Shown one piece after another: positions 39,062-54,253 of a stretch of DNA of 64,000 bases; position 1 is the stretch's first letter, and every line of letters starts with the position of its first letter. Both the position numbers and the translations under genes were made by a program. The stretch lies in the NCBI GenBank assembly GCA_951406725.2, contig OX597836.1, positions 23,374,001-23,438,000 of the forward strand, in the 5' to 3' direction. Source of the stretch: Octopus vulgaris. Its lineage: Eukaryota. The notes under the pieces were generated by a model, which was given only the letters and a program-made list of their open reading frames with translations, did no database searches and had not been told where the DNA came from.

Positions 39062-39425
39062 ACCACCACCACCACTACTACTATTACTCATGTCTCCTCT
39101 TCTGCAAACCTCCAACTAAAAAAAGCCGTAAGGCCAACCTTTGAACATTTCGATAGCCAAGCAAACTGTCATCTCGTGTGCTATGGAGATATGCGAATGT
39201 ACGAAACCATGTTTTTACTGGACTTCGACAGCAGGTTATGTACAGACTTCTTGATGTGAGTTTTATTACGTATGCATATGTATATATATATATATATATA
39301 TATGTTACATCTATTTGTATGTGTGTGTGTGTGTGAGTGTACGTTTGTGCTCCTGCGTGTAATAAACGTTTACACATGTTTATGCATATATAAAAATATC
39401 TCAGACAATTCCAGTTTACAAGCGT

Positions 39426-39519
<94 letters not shown>

Positions 39520-39724
39520 GCATGCACGCACGCGCACACACACACGCACACACACACTGTGTACTTTGTTTATATATCCTATAGAGATATCCTCAATGAA
39601 CTTGTAAACAGATTTTGCATGCGTGTGTCTGTGTGCATGTAGACATATGAACACATGCTCATGCGTTTCCCCCCCCCCTCCCATCCAACATATATAGTCC
39701 ATATATGTATTCCGACAATTATAT

Positions 39725-39962
39725 AGGCGTGGCTGTGTGGTTAAGAATTTTGCTTTGCAACCACGTGGTTTTGGGTTCAGTTCCACAGTGAGGTATCTTC
39801 TATGTCTTGTATTACGTGTTCATCTTTGCCTTTGACAGCATTTATTGTTTACGTCTCATAACCTAGCGGTGCGACAGAGGGTAAAGGGATTGACATAATT
39901 TGCTAAGCTTTTGAATATGGTGCCCCAGCATAGCCGCGTTTGATACGACCTAACTAAAAGAA
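39725..39962 (+). mobile_element. Old SINE family A copy
   Basis: GGCGTGGCTGTGTGGTTAAGAA..GGGTTCAGTTCCAC..GGTGCCCCAGCATAGCCGC. Confidence 0.7.
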
Positions 39963-40690
39963 CAGAGCTTATTTTATGAAATTACAGTTACAAGAACTGA
40001 AAAACATGTGAAACACTCCAATGGTTTAATATGCAATGTACACACGGGCACGCGGACAAACATTTGCATGTGTACATATATGCATACATACATACATACA
40101 TACATACATACATACATACATGTGTGTGTGTACAAATATACAAATGTAGTCTTTCAAAAACGAAACCCATCTATATATGTACATGCATCTATAGATTCAT
40201 ACATACATCTACACATGATCCATCCATCCATCCATCCATCGTATACATGCATGCATGTAAGAACAATTGTCACGAGAGAAATGCTTGAAATGTGTAGACG
40301 AGGCATGTCTGCTTCTTACAGGTACATGTGTTGTTAGAGAAAAGAAATGAGACACTGTTGTATACTCATGATGAAGGGAGTTGCCTCAATACTAAAGCAG
40401 ACCTCTTTGAATCAATTATTTGTTTCTAAAACTTATTGCTCAATGGTGCAATAGGTCTTAGAATGGCAAGATGCCAAATCTGCTGTCCCATCTCCCAAAT
40501 CGCTCCAAACCAGTCCCGAGAAATATTTAAGATTGATGTATAGGTATACATATCATTTCCTGGAGGACATCTGCTATGTATCAACTGACACATGCTATCC
40601 TTCTAACGATCACTATCTACTGTCATTTTGTTACGAATCTTTTGAAATACAAGTCAAACACTAAAAAGAGGTTGTCTTTACAATAAACTA

Positions 40691-40803
<113 letters not shown>

Positions 40804-41537
40804 GGATTTAAGCCAGATCGAAAATGTTCATTTTTGTGTGATGACAGATAGAAGTGTGGAAAAGATAGTAGATTATCTGTGGATATATCTGGGTTCAAAT
40901 CCATTACTGATAGTTGGTTCTTTACTCTATGTTGTTTCAGTTAACCAAATTATCGTAAATAAAGTATTACACTGTCTGGGAATGTTATATGGATAGACCA
41001 ACTCTTTATCCAGAAGAAGAGGATTATCTCTTATCTACGTTACACCAATAAACTGAAGCTAAACACCAGATAATAAAAGCTTCTCACTTGTCTACTTATA
41101 AAAGTATATAAATGAAGGCTGGTCTTTAAATGCCACCTCCCTGCAAAGGTTATAGATTTAGCTAAAAAGTACTCAGCCAGCCAATAGTTGTCATGTCTTA
41201 ATATCGGGACTCTAATACACACGTTTTTTATTCTAGCCAAAAGCATCATTGCAAAGATTTTGCATTCGTCAACTACCAGGGAATCAAAGACTGGCTTCAT
41301 GAGCTGATAAATGAAATTTGACACGATAATGCTAACCAATTGATTGATTCAGCGACAGCATCCAGCTGTTAGTTTGACATTTCCCACTTTAGACATGACC
41401 GATTCGAAATCAAAATTCCATCAGTTTTACGTATATCTTTATTAATCCAACTGCACTTCACATGTAGTTTTTTTTTTTTCTTAAATCAAATCGGTTGTGA
41501 ATATAGGGAGAGAGAAAAGGAACATTAATTGAAAGAA

Positions 41538-41575
<38 letters not shown>

Positions 41576-43628
41576 GGAAGAGAGAGTGCGTGTATGTATG
41601 TGTGTCTGTGTGTGTCTATGTAGTATGTTCAGAAGTCGGGACAATTAGCAGCGTTCAGATGTCGGGGGTAATTAGCAGCAACCTACGTGCAGGAGTGTAT
41701 TAGCATTATCTCACGCAATAATAATATTACTTGGCCTCCACTTCTGATGCTGATTTGTACATAAACCATTTACTATCAATTGCAATGTTTAATTTATCAT
41801 ATATGAACTGTGAAAGTAATCGCCTTATTATGTTTATCTATGTACTAGACAATGCGCTGGGGCTTTTCTATTTATGTATATAATCTATTATTTCTTGAAA
41901 CCGATCACCACAATTGGCAACCTATACATTTTGCTTTCACTCTTGAAATAATTTTGAGCTGTGCTTTATTAGGACGAATCCTCTTGAACTATACTTCTAA
42001 AGCTGGTCGTTCTCCGACTTAAATCATTTTTACAAGCTGTTACTTTCTTCTTTTTGAAACCTGGCTCTGAAGTACATCAATTCCAATGTGAGGTTCTTTA
42101 CCTTTTTAAAACATATCTTATTATTATTATTGTTATTTCTTTTCTTTACATCTCTGGCTTTCTGCGTCTTGCTTTTGTTTTCAGCTAAGTTGTGAGTGTA
42201 TTTATGTTTTCTGTTGAATGTATGCTTAGTGCAGCTGTTCCTTCTAATATGTTTTTCTTAACGACTTTGCCTTTTCATGAAGTAATAAATTATCTTGTTT
42301 TTCTTCAAGAAGTAGTTGCATAGAACAACATTCGATGCTTTGTCGGCCATCTCCAGTTGAGTAAAATCCCGTTTCTATTTTTTGTTTACCCTGGGTAAAT
42401 GTGGTGGCTATCACTTTTCGGGTAGTGCACTATGTATTTTGTGAAATTTTTTTCTTGTTTGGGTATCTATTTTGTGAATTACATCCAGCCTCCATTTATA
42501 ACTTCGAAACATTATGCTGTTATGAAAAACAGAGCGAGTTTTGGTAGCTAACACCTTATGTTTGGCATTTAGATAAGTTTCTATGATCACACGATGAGAG
42601 TTCTTGGCAGCACTAGTTTATGACCGCATATCGATCGTTCACACTTAAACCTGTTTTACTTTCGTCATTTATTTTCAAGGCACGATTTTCGCTTCTTTCT
42701 CTTCCGTTTTTTGTTACACAGATATTTATATTCCAAAACATTCCATCGTCAATTAAGCTGGTAACAAAGTTGCAGTTTCCAGTTGGAATTGTTTCCCTTA
42801 AATACCACCTTTGCTTCCAGCGACAGGCATGAATTTTTTTACCGTCCTTTATCTCTTTCGTACGAAATTTGTTATTGTACGAAATTTGTTATTATTTTTG
42901 AGGATTGAATGAAAACTACGCAATTTTTTTAAAATTATCATTGTGACTACAAATGATGCACACGACACAGGACCCGGATACTCCAGTTGTTCAATTCTGA
43001 CTCCTATCAGTAATTTGTTTCTGTATCCCCACTTAGATTAATATAAATAATTACTAATGTTTATATTATTTTAATTTATGTGAACTTATTTCACTGTATC
43101 AACTGGGTTTCTATTGAAGGAAATGATTTTTATCTGTATGCTTCTTTATTAAAAAAAAGGACAAATATAAAAAAAACAACAACAAAAAAAACCCAACCTG
43201 CAGCACTTCTTGACTTCCACTGAAATTCATATGACAGTGACAAATGTCATAACTTCTCATTTCCTGCTTTTCTTTAAATTTAAATCCTCACAGTTGTACA
43301 AACAGTCATATCACTGCAATAAGTTATTCACCCGTTATTCCTTTTGTATGTGAAACAGGAATATCTTATTTTGCTAACCACTGCAGCTTTTAGGATTCGT
43401 TCTTATTGTTCATCATTAAAAAAATGATGATGCAATATGTCAATGGAATTTGGTTAATATTTTGTATAGAAATATAAGTTCACGGATGGTGTTTGGATTC
43501 TGATAAACCAACTTGTAGTCACCCGACTGAGTTTGATTGCTACTTCGCGTTTACCAAAGTTGTCTGAGAACCATCAAAGAAAACACTCAGAAAGTCACAT
43601 CCAGAATTATTCATAGTTTAGAAAGAGT

Positions 43629-44033
43629 GGCGCAGGAGTGGCTGTGCGGTAAGTAGCTTGCTTACCAACCACATGGTTCCGGGTTCAGTCGCACTGCGTG
43701 GCATCTTGGGCAAGTGTCTTCTACTATAGCCTCGGGCCTACCAAAGCCTTTTGAGTGGATTTGGTAGACGGAAGCTCAAAGAAGCCCGTCGTATATATGT
43801 ATATATATATACGTGTGTGTGTATGTTTGTATGTCTGTGTTTGTCCCCCTATCATTGCTTGACAACCGATGCTGGTGTGTTTACGTCCCCGTCACTTAGC
43901 AGTTCGGCAAAGAGACCGATAGAATAAGTACTGAGCTTACAAAGAATAAGTCCCGAGGTCGATTTACTCGACTAAAGGTGGTGCTCCAGCATGGCCGCAG
44001 TCAAATGACTGAAACAAGTAAAAGAGTAAAGAG
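43629..44033 (+). mobile_element. SINE family A, full length (~405 bp)
   Basis: tRNA-like head with A/B-box-like motifs, central (TA)/(TG) tract, and tail GGTGCTCCAGCATGGCCGCAGTCAAATGACTGAAACAAGTAAAAGAG. Confidence 0.93.
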
Positions 44034-45562
44034 AGAGAGAGAGAACCTGTAAACAGCCCTTCTCTTTTACGAATTTCAACTGCTTCTTTTTTCTTTTTAG
44101 GGTTGGGGACATTTAATGGTTGATAATAATAATAATAATAAAACAATACATCACGTGGAGCCCTACCGATAATAAATCGATGATGACTAAATTACAGTCA
44201 GATGGATATTCGCTTCCAAAAAGTTATTCTGTATTTGGTAAGTTAAAACTGGAGAAAATATACTTTAAAGTATTCAATCGAATCATAAAACTTTCAATGA
44301 AATCTAAAATTGGATAAACAAAACTTTGCACCAAAAACTATTTTAAACCGGTAAGAATTGCGATTCGCCATGAACATATGTCATTTAAAGTCATCATAAA
44401 GAAAATAGCTGTATTAAATCAATAATTCTTACAATGAACTAAGCTATCCTGTTCATGTTGGAGGATTAAGAAACAAAACGATGTGGTTCGAGTGACACTG
44501 AGGAACTGTGTTATATGTCGCGTAAAGAAGAAGGGTGAAAGCCCTTCTCTAATGATTATGAAGATAAATGTGATTGGACGTCGCGTAAATAAAGATATAT
44601 GGCCTATTTATATTGAAGTATGTTCCTCTCTGATTTCACTTGAATATCTAATAAATTATGTAATTGTGGCTATTTTGAATGTTAGTATATTAATTAAGTG
44701 TTGTGGATTTGTATAATCGCTGAAATATTGGACAAAATATTTTGAGGCATTTAGTTACGGGGCATCATGCTTTAAGTTAAAATCTCTTCGCGGGTAACTT
44801 GCCTTTTATCTTTCCATATTCAATAGAAACAAAAACGGAATTTAATTTGGGAATACATTTTCCTCCAATTTCCATATATTGGAAAGGCAAGAGCTGTTTT
44901 GCCTTCCATCTTTTAATATCTCTGTGTTTCATTCAACTGGAGTTACAATTATAAAAATTTTGTTTTTACAAAAGGTTTAATTTTCTTTTAGACTCTTTCC
45001 ATTCCTACTTTTGTATCTTTTTCTCTTTTGGCATGAGAAGCTCAAGGGAGAACGATTCCAAAACTCAGTCAGATACAAAAAGGTGGTTATCAGTCAAGAA
45101 AAGATCAATTTAATCGACTCGAAACTCGTGGCCTTGTGTTAATGCTGGAAATCAATACCTATCGGATATTACGATTTTGATCGATGTTTTAATTATCCGG
45201 AAAGGTTTGCGAATTGCCTAACTGGACTGGAAAAAGTCAACTGAAAGTTTCCTGTTTGTCTTTCAGAATATCTGATGTAGAAACCTTATTTAAACAATGT
45301 TATGACTTGATGAACTTTTGACTTTTGAATAATGGAAGGGCAAGGAAGATAATAAATGGAAATTACAAAGTGTGGAGGTTATTGTTGTTGTTGTTGGGCG
45401 TTTTCAGTCACGTCACAACCTTCAGTGCAGACACCTAAAACCTATGAATACAAGTGATCCCTTTTAAGAGAAAACTGTTTGCTGTTTATTGCAAATTGAT
45501 TGCTACATTCGACAACAAGCTCTGTCTGCCTCCTGCCTGCCTATCTCTCTCTTTCTCTTTCA

Positions 45563-45598
<36 letters not shown>

Positions 45599-46020
45599 TT
45601 CTCTCTCTATCCTTCACCCCGTGCGTGTGTATTTTCTTCAAGTAGCGTTTTGTTTATGATCGCAGGTCATAGAAATCCAAATATCGACCAATTGCTTTCC
45701 TTTTTCACTTTCTGGACACATTCTTAACTGGTTTCACTAAATGATGGACAGATTGTTGTTTTTGGATAAGTCAACTTTGTTCACAGTGTTAAAGCCATGC
45801 CCATCACACTCTGCTCTCCAGGACTACATTATCAAATGTAACCCTGCTTTTATCTGCTAAGAGTGCAAGGCGTTGTTTGAAGAGTTGTTATTTCTAGCAG
45901 GTCGAATGAACACGTAGAGGCGGCTTACTCGGTTGGCTTGCAGCGTGGGAAAATGCAGTAGTAGTAGTAGTAGTAGCAGCAGCAGCAGCAAATATGTATG
46001 TAATTGTGTAAGCATGTGTG

Positions 46021-46067
<47 letters not shown>

Positions 46068-46155
46068 GTGTGTTGGCATGTGCATATGTATATGAATGTA
46101 TATACATATGTATGTTCGCACGTACTTTATATATGTATATATGTGTGCATGTATG

Positions 46156-46226
<71 letters not shown>

Positions 46227-46509
46227 GTAGTAGAGTCAGTGTTCCTCAACCTTTAACTACAGAGACCTCTACAAGTCAATAACGTTTGTACATGTTTCCA
46301 CTCTCTGCTCATCCATCCACCAACCACACTCACATTCGCTTCCACTCATCAAAGGTTAAGATTTTGACCTCACTCAACTGCAAACCCCTCATCTACCCCC
46401 ACCTCTCTCTCTCTCTCTGGCTTTTAATGTTTGGGTATATGGGTGTGTGCCTATGTTAGTATGTGCTGTGTGTAAGACGTAGTGTGTGTCTCTCTATGTA
46501 AACATATAC

Positions 46510-46540
<31 letters not shown>

Positions 46541-46548
46541 TGTGAGTA

Positions 46549-46607
<59 letters not shown>

Positions 46608-47054
46608 ATGTGTGTGTGAAAGTAAACCAGTAGCAAGCAGGTTACTTCCGGTTGTCCTCATAGTTGAGGGTATCGATTGTAGTAGTTCGTGCTATTATTA
46701 ACACCCAGCACCTTCTATAATATATATATATAGATGGGCCTTATTGTTGTTTATGTTGCTTTTGTGATACTGTTTCTGATGGAAGCACCATGGTGATGGT
46801 GGTGGTGGTGGTGGTGGTGATAGTTGTGATGTTGTTTAACCCCAGGTTAGCTCTGATGAAGGAAGGACGTTGATGAAAATATGAAAATACATTCCAGCCA
46901 TCACCGTTCTGTTTTCTTTGCCTTTTTTTCCCGGGTACAGTGCACATAGGATCACAAAGTCCTATGCATCATGTCGTCACTGTGGACAGGGGTAGATACA
47001 ATATGTCGTATGATAATACTTATCAGCTCATCCAGGAGATGTAATTCGCGTATG

Positions 47055-47125
<71 letters not shown>

Positions 47126-47201
47126 GTTTCCTTCAAAGATGTCTAACATAAACACTATAACCTCGTCACTGTTGGTGACTGGGGCTTGAATTCACCAAAG
47201 G

Positions 47202-47247
<46 letters not shown>

Positions 47248-47249
47248 GC

Positions 47250-47285
<36 letters not shown>

Positions 47286-47310
47286 GCATATATATATATA
47301 TATATATATA

Positions 47311-47347
<37 letters not shown>

Positions 47348-47385
47348 GCATGCATATATATATATATATATATATATACATAATG

Positions 47386-47750
47386 CTTGTTTCAGTCATC
47401 AGACAGCGGCCATGCTGTGGCACCATCTTGAAGAAATTTTTGTTGAATGAATCGACCCCAGTACTTAAGTTTTAATAAGCCTGGTACTTATTCGATCGGT
47501 CTCTTTTACCGAACCGCTGAGTTACGGGCACATAAACACACCGGCACCACTTGTCAAGCGTGGTGACACACACATGCATACACACATATACGACAAGCTT
47601 CTTTCAGTTTCCGTCTACCAAATCCACTCACAAGGCTTTGGTCAGCCTGAGGCTATAGTAGAAGACACTTGCCCAAGGTGCCGCGCAGTGGGACTGAACT
47701 TAGAACCATGTTGTTAGAAAGCGAGCTTCTTACCACACAGCCTCGTCTGT
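47386..47750 (-). mobile_element. SINE family A
   Basis: Aligns to 19761-20167. Confidence 0.88.
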
Positions 47751-49019
47751 GCTTATGTAACACTAGTTACGGCTACCTCCTTCCTCTAGAAGAAAGACAA
47801 CTGAGTACATCTGTTAGCCATGTATTTTTACTGAATGATTTGAAGGTAGAATCCTCCTCAGCTGGTGACATAGAATCGAATTAAAATCAGAGCGAATGAG
47901 GTCTCTGAGGTGCTTTCGAAGGTTTAGGCTATTTCCCTTCAAGTATCCTCCACACCCTAGAAATATTTAATTATGTAAGAATTATTAGTGATTATTTGAT
48001 TACTTTAACAATTAAGATATGTAATTACTTTAAATTGTCTAGTAAGGTTTATTTCGATTGTCGTTTATTGTCATTCTATTGTTGTTTCGGGGTTTGTATC
48101 TTGATGTTTTCTGACAATTTAACACATTTTAATTGTTTTGGCGGTGGCGGTGGTGGTGGCTACGGGTTGTCTAGTCATATTAGATCAAGTCCAGTAATTG
48201 ATGCTTCTATCATCTTTCCTTGGAAACGTGGTAGATAAAACCGACCTCTTCAAGATCTGAACCGTGACGTAAGATAACGTTGTGAAATGTTACAAGGCAT
48301 TTATCCATCACTACGACTTTCCCACCATCCTTTCCCCGCAAACACTAATTCTTGCAGTAACGGTGGCGGCGGAGGTGGCAACTTTCAACCTCACATTCGT
48401 ACTTGCTGTTGTCAACGTCAAGTGATTAACATAAATAAACAGCTTTCTAACGAAATCTTTTTTCTAAGCCCTTCACCATAGCCGAGTTTGTGGAGGGTGG
48501 AGTCGCGAATGGGATGAGTTTGAGCGTTTGTAAAGAGGAGATAAAAAAAAAAAAACAGTAAGAAATGGTGATGATGTTAACACATCGCAGCATGGTTCCC
48601 TAACATTTGCCATCGTTGCACCAAAATTAGTCTATAAAAATATCCGTTTCCTTTTCGTATATGGTTCGTTGTGTTAATAATATTGTAGTTGTTAATACTG
48701 AAGTTTATAACGGTGATGGTCAACGTGGTGGTGTCGGCGAAGCTGGTGTTACTGTTATAAGCCAACCTGATTTACTTAAGAAACCCTGATTTGTTTAATC
48801 GTTGTTAAGATACTTAATGTTCAGCGGTGCACAAATTTCTCACTCAACCTCTCAAACACGCTTTAATTCTCACTCTGTGTGTGAACTGGTTTGCGTTTGT
48901 GTGTGTGTGTGTGTGCGCGCACACAAACAACACGTATATGTAAAAGTATGTACGTGTGTGTGTGAGTATATATACACACAGACATGTAACTGTATATGTT
49001 TATATATGTAGACAGATTC

Positions 49020-49094
49020 ATGTAACTATATATATATATATATATAATGCATATATATATATACATATATATATATACATATACATATATATAA

Positions 49095-49158
<64 letters not shown>

Positions 49159-49376
49159 TGTTTATATATCTATATCTATATATATACATATATTTGTATA
49201 TATATATATTATTATATATTTATATATATATATTATATTGTATATATATATATTATATATATATATATTATATATATATATTTATTATATAATGTATTAT
49301 ATATTTATATATATATATATATAAATATATAATAATATATATATATATATATATATATTATATAATACATATATAT

Positions 49377-49408
<32 letters not shown>

Positions 49409-50161
49409 TATGTATATATATGTATATATATATGTATATATATTATATATTATATATATATATGTATATATATATTTGTATATATATATATGTATGTATA
49501 TATTTATATATATTATACATATATATATATATACATATATATATGCACATATATATAATGTATATATATATAGTGTATATATATATAATACATATATATA
49601 TATATATATATATGTATAATGCACATATATATATATAATGTATATATATAGTTTATATATATATATATAATACATATATATATAATGTATATATATATAT
49701 GTATAATGCATATATATATAAATATATAATATATAAGGTATATATATGTATATATATCATTATATAATATGTATAAAGTATTATTATATAATATGTATAA
49801 ATATAAACATATATATATATATACATATTATATGTATGATGTATATATATATATACATATTATATGTATAATATATATATATATAATATATGCATATTAT
49901 ATATATATATATATATAATATATGCATATTATAGTATATATATATATATATATATGCATATTATAGTATATATATATATATAATAGATGCATATTATAGT
50001 ATATATATATATATCTATATGTTATATGTATGTATATATATATATCTATATGTTATATGTATGTATATATATATATCTATATGTTATATGTATGTATATA
50101 TATATATCTATATGTTATATATATGTATATATATATATGTATATATATATATATCTATATG

Positions 50162-50200
<39 letters not shown>
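49020..50200. repeat. ~1.2-kb almost purely A/T low-complexity tract
   Basis: Degenerate (TA)n with short higher-order units such as TATCTATATGTTATATG. Confidence 0.95.
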
Positions 50201-50202
<2 letters not shown>

Positions 50203-50203
<1 letters not shown>

Positions 50204-51135
50204 TTGTAGTTTCAGCTCAGACCTGTGGCCATGCTGGGGCACTGCTGTTTTACTACACTGTTATTATTGAGAGCCTCCTGTAATATGTGGCATTTGGTCA
50301 AGAAGGAACTTTGATGTCGCTACCCTCATTTGCCGCGAAGTAGGTTCATCTGGAGCTCTCGACATGAAGAGGTCCAATTTTGATTTGAAAACCCTTACAT
50401 CCACTTTGTTTGGGTCCCTCAGGCTGTTGGACCCTGAAACTGAGGCTGTTGCAGTAACTGGTCCTGAAGCGCGATGGCATTTCTGGGAACTTTGGCACTG
50501 TGTAGTATCAACCCGTTCTGGCATTTGTGTAGCTTTCAATGCCAAAATTTGGCTCAATTCCTTCCAGGATCTTCCAGATGTATATTACTGCATGCCTCTC
50601 CCGCTTAGCTGTTTCAGCCTTTCCCAGTAGCTGAGTAGTTGCAATGAGATGATCTTCTTTGTGAAGCTTCGCTGGATTGCTTCAACGTCCGCTGTTAATC
50701 TTATACTGGTGGGTGTCCATAGCTGGGAGTAGTAATCCAGGTAGCTGAGGACAAATGTCCTCCAGAGGACCATCATGGTTTCCTTCTCTGGTTCTGAACG
50801 TTCTCAGGATCCATCCAGCCAGTTGCCTGCACTTTGTCGCCATCCTGGTAATGTGTACTTGGAAAGAGGTATCATTACTCATGTCGATACCCAGGCCCCT
50901 CTATGATTTAGACTCTGGGATTGTAATCCCCTGTGAACCAGTGTACCCTGTAAGTTTTATGTTCAGTTTTAGACGCTGGTAGCGCTGAGCTTGAAAATTT
51001 CCTGCATTAAACTGCATATCATTATCTTCAGCCCATCTGTAAATTGAGTCCAACTCCTGCTGCAGGTGGGCAACATCGCTAGGGTTCTGTATTTTCTGCG
51101 AAACTTTCGTATCGTCTGCATAGGTTGCAAACCCC
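50203..51135 (-). pseudogene. 5'-truncated CR1/L2-group LINE: reverse-transcriptase C-terminal pseudogene with 3'UTR
   Basis: Fragments across frameshifts: YADDTKVSQKI..LQQELDSIYRWAEDNDMQFN; GWILRTFRTR; LSYLDYYSQLWTP..VEAIQRSFTKKI..LSYWERLKQL; FKSKLDLFMSRAPDEP. Confidence 0.9.
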
Positions 51136-52029
51136 AGTTCAATCCCAGACCTTGACATGCTGATTAAATTCTGCTTGTTTTTTGTATAAAATTAGTACAA
51201 ATCGAACATTCTATAGATTGACTTAATGGGGCGAAGTGCATAGAGAAGGCGGTTTCGGCCTCAGATATTCGTATGAGTGCATAATTGTCATTATAAGAAG
51301 ATTCCTTTATAGTTGAATTGGATTGCGGTTAGGTGTCAGCTTTGTCTTTTATTCTGCTATTGAAAATCTAGTCTCGAATTCACCATTCGTATTTAAAACT
51401 AGGCTGGTGTAAGAGATTCTTGCCATTATCAACATTATCGTTGTTGTCACTGATCTTTTTGTCGTTTCCAGCGACCGAGTTTTGTTGTGTCCGACAGCAG
51501 CAACACCACCGCAATAGACAACCGTTATCACAATTACAAACACCGCGGCTACAATCACAGACTCACACAAAACTCGTGTATTGCATATATCAACTGGAAG
51601 TTACTATTGGTGATGTCTTTTTAATGAGAATTACACACACAGACGCGCGCGCAAACGCTCTCGTAATGCTATCGTATGATAGTAACGATAAAGAACTTGT
51701 CACGCTATTTCTCAACATCTGTTTATACTTAATAAGAACTACATTCCATTCTCAATACCCCCAAATCGTTTGATTAGGAATAAATAGATGGATAAATAAA
51801 GAACATAAATAAATTAGGAACTAAACATTTCCATTCAATTTACAGCAGACTGTTGACGGAATAATGACGTGATGTTAATAAAAAGAAATAGTCACGTGAC
51901 GGATTATCATTGCTAGCGATATTGATGAAATGTTGGTGGTGGTAACTCTCCTGTTATTGACACCAGCTTCACGCAGTGAGTCCCAACAAGTACAAAACCA
52001 CAATATTTGTGGAGAGGACAGTCGATTGA

Positions 52030-52155
52030 ATCAAGAGTGATATCGGAATGGACATAGCCAGTCTGAAAGAAGCGGCCCAAGATAGAACTGACTGGAGGAC
52101 ACTGATCCAACGAGTAACCTAGAGTCGATTTTGACTGAGCGGATTGATAGATTGT
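52030..52155 (+). pseudogene. RTE-clade LINE 3' terminal fragment
   Basis: IKSDIGMDIASLKEAAQDRTDWRTLIQRVT*SRF*LSG matches the RTE C-terminal DRxxWR..VTxSRxRL pattern. Confidence 0.7.
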
Positions 52156-52269
52156 GAAATCCGGAATCTATTATATCGATCCCTCAAAACAATAAAAGCA
52201 AAGTCGTCCGCGTAGTGATTTGAAATTAAGGCGTCGAAGGATGTCATACCCTTAGTCATGGCTCACAAC

Positions 52270-52440
52270 TTTAGATGAAGCGGGATCAGTCGATGAGATT
52301 GATTCCAGTACTTAACTGGTACTTTATCTATCCATTCCGAAAAAATGAAAGACAAAGATGACCACGGTGTTGTTTGAACTCAGAACAAAATGAGTCAGAA
52401 AAAATACCGCTCAGCATTCTGTCCGCTCGCAGCCTTGCCA
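52270..52440 (-). mobile_element. Old SINE family B copy
   Basis: CCAGTACTTAACTGGTACTTTA..ATGAAAGACAAAG..TTTGAACTCAGAAC. Confidence 0.65.
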
Positions 52441-53449
52441 TAAATTTGTTTTTCTAATGGTTTCAAATTTTGGTACAAGCCCATCAGTTTGATAGAATAA
52501 TGATGATGATTTTTCCTCAGGTACCAAACCATAATTTTTAAAAATTTATCTATTCTACAAATTCACCATTATTCTACTCTTAATGATAATTTCTGACATA
52601 AGATCACTTAATTTGGGGAAGTTAAAAAGATCGATTTTATTGACCCTAGTTCTTCACTGATAATTTATTTTATCAAAATATTTGCAACATTTAGTTACAG
52701 CTCCTTACGTTCGGAGTTCAGATCCTGCTCAGTTCAACCTTATCATTCATCCTAACGTAGTTGATAATATAATGTACCAATCAAGTAGAGGACTAGATTT
52801 AGTATTCCCATGAAGCAACCTAAATATGAATCGAATCATGACTGAAGAACTTGAGGTAGCTGGAAAAGTAACAGTTGACTACTGTGGAATTTGAACTCAG
52901 AACGTAAAGGTATGAAGCGCATTTCGTCTATCGCTCTACCACTTGTTATTTCACTGTCCTATGCCGCGATGGTATTAGCACCGTGTAACAATTTTTATTC
53001 TTGTCTTTGGTCAGTAAGTGTTATTTCTTATTTACTTCTATCCAGAAATCAAAGGAAAGGACCACTATTCTTTTCAAACTGTGCTTTTATGACCTAGACA
53101 TCAATGTTTTGAAAATGGCCAATTTTCCATTGTATTTCAGACTGATTCAGCGATGAGTTGTTGAAGCAGAAATATTAATTATAGCAAATATTCTGTTCAA
53201 AACCACGGATTTGCTTGTCAATTGCTTGACCATAACCACTTGAGCATGTCCCTTGGTAGCTGACAATATGTGCATCTCTGACCATGAGTAGCAGTAGGTG
53301 GGGAGCATCATAGCCAAAGAGGGATTCTTTGGGTGTTTAAATAAATGTTACAAAAGCAAAGTTTGAAGGAGATATTAGCCATTTTTCTAGAGGTAAACGA
53401 ATATGAAATAACAGTTGCTACCCAAGGACAAAAATCGTTGTTTTACAGT

Positions 53450-53481
<32 letters not shown>

Positions 53482-53574
53482 TTCTGATCAAGACACAAGT
53501 CCCATAATTTTGAGGAGAGAGGATAAATCGCTACCACCAACCCCGATACTTGTCTTATAAAGACAGCAGTTGTG

Positions 53575-53940
53575 AGAGAAAGTGGAAAGTCGATTACATC
53601 GACTTAATACTTGGCTGGTACTTTATTTTATCGAACTCCAAAAGGATGAAAAGGTGGGATTTGAGCTCGGAACGTAAGGAGCTGGCAGAATGGCTGCAAA
53701 GCATATTTTTTTTTATGCTCTAACAATTCTGCCAGCTCGCTGCCTTTCGAGAATTATTAAACATTTTGGCGCTGGGACAGTAATTTTCAGGAAGAGGAAA
53801 TTAGTCGATTACATCAATCTCAATCGACCTTGAAAGGATGAAGGCAAATTGACGACATCGACAGAATTTCAGCTGGGAACGTAAAGAATCGAAATGAATA
53901 CCACAAGGCATTTATTCCGACGCTTTGACGATTCTTCTCA
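53575..53940 (-). mobile_element. Two adjacent old SINE family B copies
   Basis: Repeated GTCGATTACATC..AAAGGATGAA cores. Confidence 0.7.
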
Positions 53941-53967
53941 TCCATCATCCTTGATAATAAGGATAAT

Positions 53968-54183
53968 AATCCTTTCTATTATAGGCACAAGGCCTGAAAT
54001 TTGTAGGGAGGGGACTAGTCGATTACATCGACCCCAGTGTTTCACTGGTACTTAATTTATCGACCCCGAAAAGATGAAAGGCAAAGTTGACCATGGCAGA
54101 ATCTGAACTCAGAACGTGGCGACGAGCGAAATGTTGCTAAGCATTTCGTCCAGCGTGCTAACGACTCTGCCAGTTTGCTGCCA
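53968..54183 (-). mobile_element. SINE family B (tail type 2), full length
   Basis: Aligns to 13899-14116. Confidence 0.9.
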
Positions 54184-54253
54184 TTTTAAAATACAACAAC
54201 AGCATTAGTATACACATTGCTGTGACAGTTATCATGTAAAAATGCCCATAAGG

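Noticed and set aside
39090-39262. Possible exon ending at GTGAGT
   Set aside because: No clear acceptor; the ORF begins in (CTA)n/(GCT)n repeats.
41750-42830. Possible degraded DNA-transposase sequence on the minus strand
   Set aside because: Only vague short peptide resemblances amid many stops; it needs a translated search.
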